Shown piece by piece: positions 28,680 through 37,632 of a DNA stretch of 44,065 bases; position 1 is the first letter of the stretch; the number at the start of each line of letters is the position of its first letter. The DNA is from a virus. Lineage: Duplodnaviria > Caudoviricetes. Below the pieces are notes generated by a model. It saw only the letters and a program-made list of their open reading frames with translations. It did no database searches and had not been told where the DNA came from. Location of the stretch: the IMG/VR virus record IMGVR_UViG_3300032261_000019, positions 1-44,065 of that record, one strand, 5' to 3'. Both the position numbers and the translations under genes were made by a program.

Positions 28680-29187
28680 TGTTGCTGAAATCCGGTTATT
28701 TAAACTGGCTGCGATAATCGTGCTGATGTTTCTAGTGTTCGCACTGACACGTCACTACGATACGACCGAAGCGAAAGCCGCGGCAGAAGCACTTCAGATC
28801 AAACAGCTGGCCGACCTGAATCAGGCGAACGCCCGGGCCGCTGACACGGAAAGGAAATACAATGAACTCAGACAACAGGATGACGCACGATCAATCCAGC
28901 GCCAGGCCAGCACTGTGGCCGCTGCTGATCATCTCGCTACTGTCGCTCATACTCGCGGCTTGTGGCTCCGTGCCAACTGTCCCACTAGTACAAAACTGTC
29001 CCCTGCCACCAGCACCGCCAGCGCTATTGCTGTCGAATCCGCCGACGTCCGACTTTCAGATGAAGCTGGAAACTTTCTCCGCGCCGAAAGCCGGCGGGCA
29101 GACGACGCCGCCAACTACGGACAAGCCGCTCACGATTACGCAGTAACGATACAAAAATTTATTGACGCACAAAAAGTCAACCGCTAG
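28672..29187 (+). CDS. Rz: Inner-membrane spanin (Rz-like)
   Basis: N-terminal TM followed by coiled-coil; GLWLRANC. Confidence 0.8.
   Translation: MFDVAEIRLFKLAAIIVLMFLVFALTRHYDTTEAKAAAEALQIKQLADLNQANARAADTERKYNELRQQDDARSIQRQASTVAAADHLATVAHTRGLWLRANCPTSTKLSPATSTASAIAVESADVRLSDEAGNFLRAESRRADDAANYGQAAHDYAVTIQKFIDAQKVNR
28862..29146 (+). CDS. Rz1: Outer-membrane spanin lipoprotein (Rz1-like), embedded in Rz in the +1 frame
   Basis: Hydrophobic signal, lipobox LAAC, Pro-rich CPLPPAPPA; start may be 28880. Confidence 0.8.
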   Translation: MNSDNRMTHDQSSARPALWPLLIISLLSLILAACGSVPTVPLVQNCPLPPAPPALLLSNPPTSDFQMKLETFSAPKAGGQTTPPTTDKPLTITQ

Positions 29188-29217
29188 AGTGAAGTTTTTA
29201 GAACGTTATTAACTTTT
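29162..29217 (+). promoter_or_regulatory. Sigma70-like promoter TTGACG-17-TAGAGT with downstream operator-like site 29201-29217
   Basis: Direct reading; operator GAACGTTATTAACTTTT. Confidence 0.6.
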
Positions 29218-29246
29218 TCCGATTAATCTAGCGAAAGGAATAAATC

Positions 29247-29501
29247 ATGTCTCTGCTTACTGATGCCCTGGCGGATGCCCGTGCAAAACTGGATGCTTTT
29301 GAAGGCCGCGTAACCCGTGCTGAACAGGGTTTTCTGGATGAATTGCACAGTTTGCTGGGCGATATCCACGCTGACGTTTCCGTTGTGGCTAACAGCGCCG
29401 CTCCGATTCCAGTTGCTGTAGATGTGGCTGCCGACCCTGTAGCTGAAGCGCCTGCCGAATCTGTGGGCTCCGGTTACCAGCCAGCCGTACAGGCGGTTTA
29501 A
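29247..29501 (+). CDS. Acidic hypothetical protein
   Basis: AAAGGA RBS; 84 aa. Confidence 0.75.
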   Translation: MSLLTDALADARAKLDAFEGRVTRAEQGFLDELHSLLGDIHADVSVVANSAAPIPVAVDVAADPVAEAPAESVGSGYQPAVQAV

Positions 29502-29560
29502 ATCTGCCCCGGTTTGCTGATCCGGTTAAAATCAGCTTCCACCACTTATCAGGGCACCAC

Positions 29561-29734
29561 ATGAAATCCGGATGGATTGTATTTAACCGGCCGCACTTTG
29601 ACAAAGCCCGTCAGTGCTGGGTTGTGGAAGAACGCACCGCCAGCAGTAAACAAATCACCATTCACGAATACCCCACACAAGCCGAAGCGCATGCGGCATA
29701 CGTCGCAATGCTGAAACGCGTGCTATCCTTCTGA
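29561..29734 (+). CDS. Hypothetical protein (MKSGWIVFNRPHFD..., 57 aa; below ORF-track cutoff)
   Basis: Open frame with AGGG upstream. Confidence 0.55.
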   Translation: MKSGWIVFNRPHFDKARQCWVVEERTASSKQITIHEYPTQAEAHAAYVAMLKRVLSF

Positions 29735-29863
29735 TTGCTCCCCTCTCATGGCCTGAGCGCACCAGGTGGCGGCAGGGGAATCATAAATGTGTCGCCCGAT
29801 TCCGCCCTGACCCGCACGGGGAAGGTGTGCACGCGGGGCTGATGGGTTCCCCACCGGCTAGAT

Positions 29864-31942
29864 TCATACAGCGCCCAGCTTGGCACGGCTGGGCGTTTTC
29901 ACGCCTACTGCCGCCAATAGAGAATATGCTTCATCAATGTAATGCTGGTAATCGATATCAGCAGGAACAGCATAGTCAGCCGGCAATTCCATCATCGGCC
30001 GGGCACCTGTACTGCCACCCACCAGACCGCCCCGCGATGTATAAATGGCACCACCATCAACGCTGTGATACCAGCGCACAGCTTTACCGAGATAAACCGG
30101 GTCACGCGGTTTGCAAAGACTTTTGTACAGCTTTTGTTCTTCGAGCGTAACGCCATTCAAATGCCACATGGTTTTATCCAGTTGCACTGCACCAGCGGAT
30201 TTGAGCGTGGCCACCCGTTCCGCTTTTCTCGCTTTCGGATCGTGAGCTTTCCCCATAGCGAAACGGCCGCCACCATCCACCTGACGGATGGACAGGAACT
30301 TGCGTACATCACGGCATGAGCGAATCGTGAATTCCATGGGAATGTTTTCAGCCAGATATTTACAAACGGCCTCTCCACAAATGTCCTTATCCGGATTCAA
30401 ACCTTCAATGATGCCGGTCTGGGCAAACGCGCTTTTTCCTTTAACCTTGCCGTCCGGCTTGATAGCCACATAGCAATTCACATCGCGGCTATACAGCGCT
30501 TTATATTCCTGCGCCTCAGTTTCCAGACCGGTGGTTCGTTCCCACCAGCTGATTGTATTATCTCTATACCATTCCAGCCCGGCCGGCGTGGCCAGTACGA
30601 TGCCGTCCGTGTTTGCAGAAATAACACGAACGCCACCCAGCTCCAGACGTTCAATCAACATCAAGATGGACAGCTGCCCCGTGACCGTGATGGCGATCAG
30701 CATGTCGGGGGCGTATACAATGCTGTATTTGCTGTTGAGCTTGCCATATAGACCATTCAGGGTAATTTTAAACCCTTCGGCAATGGCCTTTGCTTCTGCG
30801 TATTCAGGTGTGCCTTCCACCAGTTTTTTAAGCTGGGCCTTGGCCTCCAGGCGTTTGTGATAAATATCTCGATAGATATCCAGCAGTGCCGGCCCAATCT
30901 GCCGCGGTGACATGCCCATGAGCAGCCAGAGGGACGGGTAATAGCTCTTCACATCGTGGTCAGACAGGGTTTGCACACCGGGGATGCTGAAATGAGCTAC
31001 TGATTTTTCCTGACTATGCAAGCCGCCGATACCGATGCGATACGTGGACTGGCCGATGACAATATCAAGACCTTCAATTTCAGGCGGAATCAGTATCCCG
31101 TCGCCCGGCACATCCGCATCAGGGTCAGCGATGTAGGCCGGGTTCGTGATTTTCTCGCTGACCACAAATTGTGTGGATTTAACCAAGTACAACAGGTTTT
31201 GAAGTTGCGGCGTGACATAGTGGATAAATCCGGGCGCAGTGTAGCTAAACCGGGTGCCGTGGGGCCACGGTGGAATGCGAACCTTGAATGGTAGCAGGCT
31301 TTTTACAATTGCTTCGGCCATCTGGGCATCAGACTTTGACCGCAAATCGATACCATAGCGTTTGCCGGTAACCTCCCGGTGGTGCAACTGCTCTGCTAAA
31401 CCAATGCGCATGTCCAGCGTGGTTGCGAGGTCATTTTCGCAATAGTCTTCCTCTTCGCGCGATTCCTCCGGAGTAAGCCATGTGCTGAAATCTACAGGGC
31501 TTTCTTGCAATTTCCGGCTATGCATGCGGCCACCGTACATTTTCAATGACAGTACGCCTTTCGGAATCTCTTTCAAATCCACATGGTCCAGCCACGTGGG
31601 TATTTCCAGTCCATAGGTTTGCAGGAGCTGCCAGGCGGGCGGACCCTTATGACCCTTACCTGGAATAATCGTGTCGTTCATGTGCTTTAACGCACGACAG
31701 GATGCGCCGGTTAGCGCCAGCAGTATCATCGGGACATCATAGTTATTGCCGTTAAAGGTATAGATGGTTGTGGTCATCAACACCTGTTTAATACCTTCCA
31801 CGTCCAGTCTGCCACCCTCCCAGAACTGGAATGAACGGATCGATCCATCTGAATAACGAAACTTGATAAGCCACCAGTTAGGGAAACATTCTGTATCACA
31901 TTCAACGGGGACGCGGGCCGGAGGGGGCGGGATATTCAACAT
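29864..31942 (-). CDS. Family B DNA polymerase with 3'-5' exonuclease domain
   Basis: Exo motifs CDTEC, FNGNNYD, YCEND; Pol motifs DVKSYYPS, KITLNGLYGK, NTDG. Confidence 0.92.
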   Translation of the reverse strand: MLNIPPPPARVPVECDTECFPNWWLIKFRYSDGSIRSFQFWEGGRLDVEGIKQVLMTTTIYTFNGNNYDVPMILLALTGASCRALKHMNDTIIPGKGHKGPPAWQLLQTYGLEIPTWLDHVDLKEIPKGVLSLKMYGGRMHSRKLQESPVDFSTWLTPEESREEEDYCENDLATTLDMRIGLAEQLHHREVTGKRYGIDLRSKSDAQMAEAIVKSLLPFKVRIPPWPHGTRFSYTAPGFIHYVTPQLQNLLYLVKSTQFVVSEKITNPAYIADPDADVPGDGILIPPEIEGLDIVIGQSTYRIGIGGLHSQEKSVAHFSIPGVQTLSDHDVKSYYPSLWLLMGMSPRQIGPALLDIYRDIYHKRLEAKAQLKKLVEGTPEYAEAKAIAEGFKITLNGLYGKLNSKYSIVYAPDMLIAITVTGQLSILMLIERLELGGVRVISANTDGIVLATPAGLEWYRDNTISWWERTTGLETEAQEYKALYSRDVNCYVAIKPDGKVKGKSAFAQTGIIEGLNPDKDICGEAVCKYLAENIPMEFTIRSCRDVRKFLSIRQVDGGGRFAMGKAHDPKARKAERVATLKSAGAVQLDKTMWHLNGVTLEEQKLYKSLCKPRDPVYLGKAVRWYHSVDGGAIYTSRGGLVGGSTGARPMMELPADYAVPADIDYQHYIDEAYSLLAAVGVKTPSRAKLGAV

Positions 31943-31947
31943 GAGGT

Positions 31948-31976
31948 AAAACGCCCCACCGTTGACCAGTGGGGCG
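31948..31976 (-). terminator. Terminator-like hairpin just upstream of the polymerase start
   Basis: Minus strand CGCCCCAC-tggtcaacg-GTGGGGCG-TTTT. Confidence 0.55.
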
Positions 31977-31983
31977 CCGTGGA

Positions 31984-32217
31984 TCAGTGAGCGACGTATT
32001 TGCCGGAAAGGCCGTTTTGACGTTCCAGACGCTTGCGAAGTTTAGCCTGAGCGGCTTTCACCTGGAATTCCACATCGGCAGCAAAGCCGACTTGCAAACG
32101 CTTGAAAATCGGCGTCGCTTTCACGATTTCAACGCGGAATTTATCACCGCTGTCGAAAATCTGTGCTTCCACACGTTCACGGGTTTTGTCGAAACCTAGA
32201 TGGTTGATTGTGAGCAT
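31984..32217 (-). CDS. Hypothetical protein
   Basis: 77 aa, coupled to the SSB stop. Confidence 0.7.
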   Translation of the reverse strand: MLTINHLGFDKTRERVEAQIFDSGDKFRVEIVKATPIFKRLQVGFAADVEFQVKAAQAKLRKRLERQNGLSGKYVAH

Positions 32218-33245
32218 TATGCAATCCTTGTCATGTAGCCATTGGCCAGCAGGAGTTCGTCGGTCCAGTTCTGGCCAGACGCCAGATACTGTTCACGAGT
32301 GAAACCCCCAGCAAGCGCAGTCATCTGATATACCGGCGCAGCGGATGCAGGCGGGGTCATGGTCTGGGGAGGCGGTGCCATCATAGGCGCGCCAACAGCA
32401 TTAGCCACGAAATTATGGTTCGGCTGAATCGCGCCCGGTCCCGCCATCGGCGCCGGAGCCGGTGCAGTACCTGGCCCAGCCATACCCGGATTACCAGCCG
32501 GCAAACCGCCGCCAGGGCCAGATACGCCCATGCCGGGACCGGGAAGCGCAGAACCTGGGCCAGATACACCCATGCCGGGACCGGCAGCCATCGGTGTAAC
32601 CGGGGCGCTATTCGGAGCAGTCATACCGGCAGGGGCGCTTACGGCACCAGCGTGTTGATTATAGAGCGCCATGATATCCGGGCCACCCTGAATCACTTCA
32701 CCATTGCCTACCCAGATAACGCCATGGCCATTCATATAAAGCCCTGGGCTTTCTGCGCCAATGTTGGCCACGCAATCGCCGACAACACGGACGTAATACC
32801 CTTTTTTCACGACATTAGGATCGGTGATCTGGAGCGCGGCATCCATACGTCCTTCCTGGAAAACTTTAGGAAGTTTAAACCCGGGGAAACGCACGACATA
32901 ATGACCAGCAAAGCCCGGTTTGGTAGCGTTGTGGACACCCTTGTCATCGTAACCGTCACCATCGATGACTTTCCAGGAAAAATCAGCCTTCCGGCAATTG
33001 CCCTGAGGATCAAAGAACTGGGGATAGCCGCTCATAGCTTCTGCGGTTAGAAGTGCCCAGAATGCCGGCCATGCCGGATCATCTTTCCGGATAGCGATAG
33101 CGAAAAAGCTATGCGGCTGGGGTTCTTTGGTGATCTTGTTGACGTACAAATTACCTTTGTCGTCCTTGGTTTGCATTTCGTAAAAACTACCCTGAACGAA
33201 ACGCCCGATTGGCGTAACAAACGGGACTTTTTGACGGTCTGCCAT
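32217..33245 (-). CDS. ssDNA-binding protein (gp2.5/DUF2815-like) with a long Pro/Gly tail
   Basis: TPIGRFVQGS, WKVIDGD, GYYVRV, PGLYMN; position between exonuclease and polymerase. Confidence 0.75.
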   Translation of the reverse strand: MADRQKVPFVTPIGRFVQGSFYEMQTKDDKGNLYVNKITKEPQPHSFFAIAIRKDDPAWPAFWALLTAEAMSGYPQFFDPQGNCRKADFSWKVIDGDGYDDKGVHNATKPGFAGHYVVRFPGFKLPKVFQEGRMDAALQITDPNVVKKGYYVRVVGDCVANIGAESPGLYMNGHGVIWVGNGEVIQGGPDIMALYNQHAGAVSAPAGMTAPNSAPVTPMAAGPGMGVSGPGSALPGPGMGVSGPGGGLPAGNPGMAGPGTAPAPAPMAGPGAIQPNHNFVANAVGAPMMAPPPQTMTPPASAAPVYQMTALAGGFTREQYLASGQNWTDELLLANGYMTRIA

Positions 33246-33247
33246 GG

Positions 33248-34366
33248 TTACTTATCCTTTACAGATTCATACAGTTTTTTCATGTGCGTCATGTTGAAAC
33301 GCACCAGCTTTGGGGCACCCAGCGGCCGGTTAGCCAATTGTGGAACAAATGGCGCCAGTTCCTTGTGCTTGCTGATCACCTGGGTGGGCGTCATTGGTTC
33401 CGGGTCGTTCATGATGGATAACCCGTAAAGGTTTGCCAATGCTTCGGCTTTTTTCGGGTCGATCCAGTACAAACGCCCCTGGCCACGTTCGATATCCCAG
33501 CCGGGAATCTGCGCGCCATTGTTAATGTTGAACATCGCCTGTGCTTCCAGACCGGTTTGCCGGGCTTTGAGCATACTCATGGCCCATTCGATACGGTCCA
33601 GCTCCGCACCAATCGCTTCAGAGGGCAAGTCGTTCGGCATTGGCAATTGTGCCAGGTCCATGGCAACGGCTCCCGCATGCTGTGCAGCCTTGCAGGCGTG
33701 ACGGGCTGAACAGTCCAGACAATGGGAGCCGGTAACGCATTTCGCGTCAGCCGCTTCTGTACGTGCTGCCCGACCACGTAACCAGTTGAAATTTCCACGA
33801 AGGTCTGAAGCCAGAACCCGCCAGCGCCGGAAGTGCCCTTCCCGATCATAACAACGTGGTTGATAGACAATAATTTCCACCCAGGTGTATTGATCCATAA
33901 GGCCATTGATGCCCAGTTTTTCCAGGATCGAGGCGATGTAAATCAATAGTTGTTCATGCTCGTACACTTCCACATGGCGATGACCATATTTGGCATCCAG
34001 CAGACGCAAGAGCCCTGGCACGTATCCCCACACGTCTGGTGTGCCGCCGCATTCAGGATGGATCACATCACCGGAAATTGATTCCTCCACGTGAAGTTCA
34101 CATCCCCAGCTCAATGCCTCCCTGACATATTCCGTGGCATGATCCATCATTTCAGTGGTCACGGTGATATCGTGAAATACATCACCAACCTGTACGATAT
34201 CGCCAGTAAGCCGCTTTTCAATCACCTTGTGGAAGCACAATCCCTCATCCCGCCCGATGTCGATATCGCCCGGAAGTTCTGGATAAATCTGGCTCATGCG
34301 CGGGTACATTTCGCATTTTGTCCAGATGGGGGCACCACTAGGACGCAAACCGTATGGGGAGTCCAT
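33248..34366 (-). CDS. Cas4-like PD-(D/E)xK exonuclease (DUF2800-like)
   Basis: GTPD, DAKYG, QLLIY, YQPR; Cys cluster C...CLDC...C. Confidence 0.85.
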   Translation of the reverse strand: MDSPYGLRPSGAPIWTKCEMYPRMSQIYPELPGDIDIGRDEGLCFHKVIEKRLTGDIVQVGDVFHDITVTTEMMDHATEYVREALSWGCELHVEESISGDVIHPECGGTPDVWGYVPGLLRLLDAKYGHRHVEVYEHEQLLIYIASILEKLGINGLMDQYTWVEIIVYQPRCYDREGHFRRWRVLASDLRGNFNWLRGRAARTEAADAKCVTGSHCLDCSARHACKAAQHAGAVAMDLAQLPMPNDLPSEAIGAELDRIEWAMSMLKARQTGLEAQAMFNINNGAQIPGWDIERGQGRLYWIDPKKAEALANLYGLSIMNDPEPMTPTQVISKHKELAPFVPQLANRPLGAPKLVRFNMTHMKKLYESVKDK

Positions 34367-34368
34367 GA

Positions 34369-35103
34369 TTAGCCCGGCAGGTTATACATGACAGACAGCA
34401 TGGCTTTGACTGAAGGAATACGGTCAGGCATGTTGGCCAGCATCTGCATCGTCCCCTTGTTATCACCGTCAACTACGCCGTAGGTCACGCACACTTCATT
34501 CACCTTATCCACGGTGAAAGTGCCCTTGACGATATGATCAGTGACCCACATTACAAAATCCTGATATGGCGTGCCAACTGTAGCCATCGGGGCGGGTGCC
34601 GGGGCAGGTTGCAGTGGTGGAGCCGGAATAGCGGGGGTTTCGGTAGCAGGAGGAGCCGGCGGAATATCAGCGACTGCGTGCGGTGCTGTTTCCTGAATAT
34701 GCTGCTTGAACGCAGCCTGGGATTCAGCGGAACCACCGATAGCCGCACGCAAATCAGCTTCAATCGCTGCGATTTGTTCTGGAGTCAAATCCTTATTGAT
34801 GTTACGACGAGCCCGCCAGGTGCCATTGGCGGTCTTTTCCTTGCTGCTGGAGTGGATACGCTCATCCCATGGCAAACCGGAACTATCCAGCATCGCTGAA
34901 CCTTGATGATTCGGAATAGTAATCGGTGCCGGTGGTGGGGCGATATAGCTGCTGACACCCTGCTCGCCGTTGTCCAGACCGGTGAACGTAATTTCACCAG
35001 TGGTACGATCGATCATGACCGGTTGGTCAGCAAACACAGCCAGCACCTCATCCACGATCTGGGATGGCGTAGTGCCGTGGGCAAACTTCAATGTGATTTC
35101 CAT
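34369..35103 (-). CDS. Conserved phage replication-region protein
   Basis: LDSSGLPWDERIHSSSK motif and Pro-rich linker; first gene of the leftward operon. Confidence 0.75.
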   Translation of the reverse strand: MEITLKFAHGTTPSQIVDEVLAVFADQPVMIDRTTGEITFTGLDNGEQGVSSYIAPPPAPITIPNHQGSAMLDSSGLPWDERIHSSSKEKTANGTWRARRNINKDLTPEQIAAIEADLRAAIGGSAESQAAFKQHIQETAPHAVADIPPAPPATETPAIPAPPLQPAPAPAPMATVGTPYQDFVMWVTDHIVKGTFTVDKVNEVCVTYGVVDGDNKGTMQMLANMPDRIPSVKAMLSVMYNLPG

Positions 35104-35118
35104 AATTTTATCCTGTTA

Positions 35119-35176
35119 AAACGTTAATAACGCTTGCTGCAAACCGGACTATACGGTAACGTTAATAACGTTTCAA
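35119..35176. promoter_or_regulatory. Divergent control region: leftward TTGAAA-17-TATAGT, possible rightward TTGCTG-17-TAACGT, and two operators (35119-35135, 35157-35173)
   Basis: Direct reading on both strands. Confidence 0.75.
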
Positions 35177-35193
35177 CCATAAATTTTAAAATT

Positions 35194-35382
35194 ATGAAAA
35201 ATATCTCAGAACTCCCTGACATCAACGGTTTCAGGTTCATCGGCATAAGCAGTGCTGGCGTCAAGTTCGTATGCGTAGTCCGCATTCATCCGGTGAAGCG
35301 CACGAAACGCCTTGTTATAGATACAGCGGATTTTGCATGTGTCTCTCATCTGCTGATCGGTTGGGATGATCTGCCAGAATGA
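35194..35382 (+). CDS. Hypothetical protein
   Basis: 62 aa; ATGA overlap with helicase. Confidence 0.65.
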   Translation: MKNISELPDINGFRFIGISSAGVKFVCVVRIHPVKRTKRLVIDTADFACVSHLLIGWDDLPE

Positions 35383-37076
35383 GCCGCCTGCGACCGTTTC
35401 AGGAAGATATCAAGCGCCGGGTGTTTGACGCATGGAATGCCGGTAAACAGGTTGCCATGCCGGTATCGGCCACAGGGTCAGGCAAGACGGTGATTATCGG
35501 AGCCGTGATCAAGGAAGCAAACGAGCCAGCCGGTGCCATCGCCCACCGTCAGGAACTTGTGAGCCAGATTTCGCTGGCTCTCGCCCGGGAAGAAATCAAG
35601 CACGATATCATCGCGCCCGACAACGTGCGCCGGCGCATCGTACAGCTGCACATGAAGAAATTCGGCAAAGGCTGGTTCGACCCATCAGCCAGGACATGGG
35701 TAGCCGGTGTGGATACCTTGCGCGCTCGGGAAGATAAATTAACAGATGAGTTCAAGAATCGGACGCGACTGATTGTTCAGGATGAAGCACACCACGTTTT
35801 AAGGGAAAACAAATGGGGTCAGGCGTTTTCCATGTTTCCAAATGCATATGGCTTGTTCCCCACAGCGACGCCAGAACGTGCGGACGGCGCAGGTCTGGGC
35901 CGGGCGGCAGATGGATTCGTTGATGCATTGATCTGTGGTCCGACCATGCGGGAACTGATTAATGCCGGTTACCTGACAGATTACGACGTGATCACAGCCA
36001 CGCCTGAAGACCTGGACATGTCTGATGTCACGATTGGGGCTGATGGTGACTGGACAAAGGCCGGGGCGTCACGAGCTGTTCATCGATCCCGCAAGATGGT
36101 CAGTAATGCCGTTGATGCTTATTGCCAGTACGCCTGGCAAAAGCGGGCTGTTGTGTTCGCCGTGGATGTGGAAGGGGCCAACGAAATACAGGCGGAATTT
36201 GAACGCCGTGGTGTACCTTCAAAAGTGGTAACTGCTGAAAGCTCCGACGATGACCGATATCTGGCTACATCGGACCTTGAGAGTGGGAAGCTCTGGGTAT
36301 TAATCAACGTCGATCTGTTCGGTGAAGGGTTTGATCTGCCGGCGATTGAAGTCGTATTGATGGCAAGACCCACGCTCAGTTATGCGCTATACGTCCAGCA
36401 GTTCGGGCGCGCACTGCGGCTTATGATCAGCATGATTCTGATGGCCGCATGGGGAGATTACAGCGATGAACAGCGCCTTGCGTTTATTGCAGAAAGTGTC
36501 AAACCCAAGGCGCTGATTATCGATCTGGTTGGTAACGTCTATCTCCACAACGTGCCTGATGCGCCTCACGAATGGAATCTGGATGGTCGGGAAAAACGTA
36601 GCCGCAGCGTGGCCGATGGCGTACCCATGCGTACATGTCTGGCTGATGGTTGCTGGTTAGCGTATGAGCGGATTTATACGCATTGCCCATATTGTGGTGA
36701 GCCAGCACCAGAACCTCTGAGGCGCGACAATATCCAGAATGTAGACGGTTGCCTGTTTTTCCTCACACCGGAAACGCTGGCTGCTATGCGCGGGGAAGTG
36801 TTTGACCCATATGCACCATTGCGCCAGCCGCCCGGGCTGCCAGAAGCGGCGCGCTATTCTTTGGCTAAAAAGCATGGAACACGTGTGGCCGCACATATTC
36901 ACTTGCAGGAAGCTATCGCCTGGTGGGCCGGCATGTACCCCACAGAAAGTCAACAGGAACTGGAACGTCGTTTTTATTTTACATTTGGCAAGGATATTTT
37001 AACCGCGCTGAAGGGAAGCGCGAAAGAAGCCGAAGCGTTAACTGTACTTGTCCGAAATAAGACCGACGAACGGTAA
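35379..37076 (+). CDS. SF2 DEAH-box helicase with Zn-finger
   Basis: LRPFQ, ATGSGKT, DEAHH, TATP, EGFDLP, QQFGRALR; C-terminal CPYC. Confidence 0.92.
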   Translation: MSRLRPFQEDIKRRVFDAWNAGKQVAMPVSATGSGKTVIIGAVIKEANEPAGAIAHRQELVSQISLALAREEIKHDIIAPDNVRRRIVQLHMKKFGKGWFDPSARTWVAGVDTLRAREDKLTDEFKNRTRLIVQDEAHHVLRENKWGQAFSMFPNAYGLFPTATPERADGAGLGRAADGFVDALICGPTMRELINAGYLTDYDVITATPEDLDMSDVTIGADGDWTKAGASRAVHRSRKMVSNAVDAYCQYAWQKRAVVFAVDVEGANEIQAEFERRGVPSKVVTAESSDDDRYLATSDLESGKLWVLINVDLFGEGFDLPAIEVVLMARPTLSYALYVQQFGRALRLMISMILMAAWGDYSDEQRLAFIAESVKPKALIIDLVGNVYLHNVPDAPHEWNLDGREKRSRSVADGVPMRTCLADGCWLAYERIYTHCPYCGEPAPEPLRRDNIQNVDGCLFFLTPETLAAMRGEVFDPYAPLRQPPGLPEAARYSLAKKHGTRVAAHIHLQEAIAWWAGMYPTESQQELERRFYFTFGKDILTALKGSAKEAEALTVLVRNKTDER

Positions 37077-37083
37077 TGGTATA

Positions 37084-37106
37084 AAACGTTATTAATGTTT
37101 TATAGT
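37084..37106 (+). promoter_or_regulatory. Operator plus -10 TATAGT
   Basis: AAACGTTATTAATGTTT-TATAGT; -35 is poor. Confidence 0.65.
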
Positions 37107-37143
37107 CTGGCCATCGGATAACAAAACGTGAAGGGGTAGGGAA

Positions 37144-37341
37144 ATGACACTGATTCAAGCACAACAGCGATATATCAACCGCGTGAATGCAGCGCACCCA
37201 GGGCACTTCAATCGTGTTCATCGTTCTGCCCGCGCCCAACTTTGGCAATGGGCGATTGATCGTGGGTTTGACACCGAGGGCGCAAACGCTATCTGCCGGG
37301 ACGCAAAAGACGTTGCTGCCCTTGAGCGTAACGAGGAATGA
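37144..37341 (+). CDS. Hypothetical protein
   Basis: 65 aa with RBS. Confidence 0.7.
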   Translation: MTLIQAQQRYINRVNAAHPGHFNRVHRSARAQLWQWAIDRGFDTEGANAICRDAKDVAALERNEE

Positions 37342-37345
37342 ACAA

Positions 37346-37549
37346 ATGCGTAATGCAGAATATGCCGTTAAATTGCTTCAGGACAAAGGCTACGAAGCAG
37401 AAAGCGCAGACGACGGAAAGTCTGTACGCGTACTGGAGCCTGTGCGGTGCTCGCGTGGGGCAAGAGTATGGATTGAATACGAGGTGCGCATCATACCGAC
37501 CGCAGGCAGCTTGAAACATGTTCGCAACTTTATTGTCGAGCGTGAATAA
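37346..37549 (+). CDS. Hypothetical protein
   Basis: GAGGA upstream of ATG 37346. Confidence 0.65.
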   Translation: MRNAEYAVKLLQDKGYEAESADDGKSVRVLEPVRCSRGARVWIEYEVRIIPTAGSLKHVRNFIVERE

Positions 37550-37632
37550 CCAACACCCGGCTGGCAACAGCCGGTACACGCAAGCCGGTGGCGAACGCTG
37601 GTTTACCTGTACCCGCCAAGGAGCAAAACAAA

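Noticed and set aside
29775-29855. tRNA gene (GGGGAAT...GTTCCCCACC acceptor-like stem)
   Set aside because: No T-loop (TTCRA), D-arm or anticodon arm can be formed; ends in CCG, not CCA.
33248-34366. Cas4 as evidence of a CRISPR system
   Set aside because: It is a stand-alone Cas4-like exonuclease in the usual exonuclease-SSB-polymerase context.
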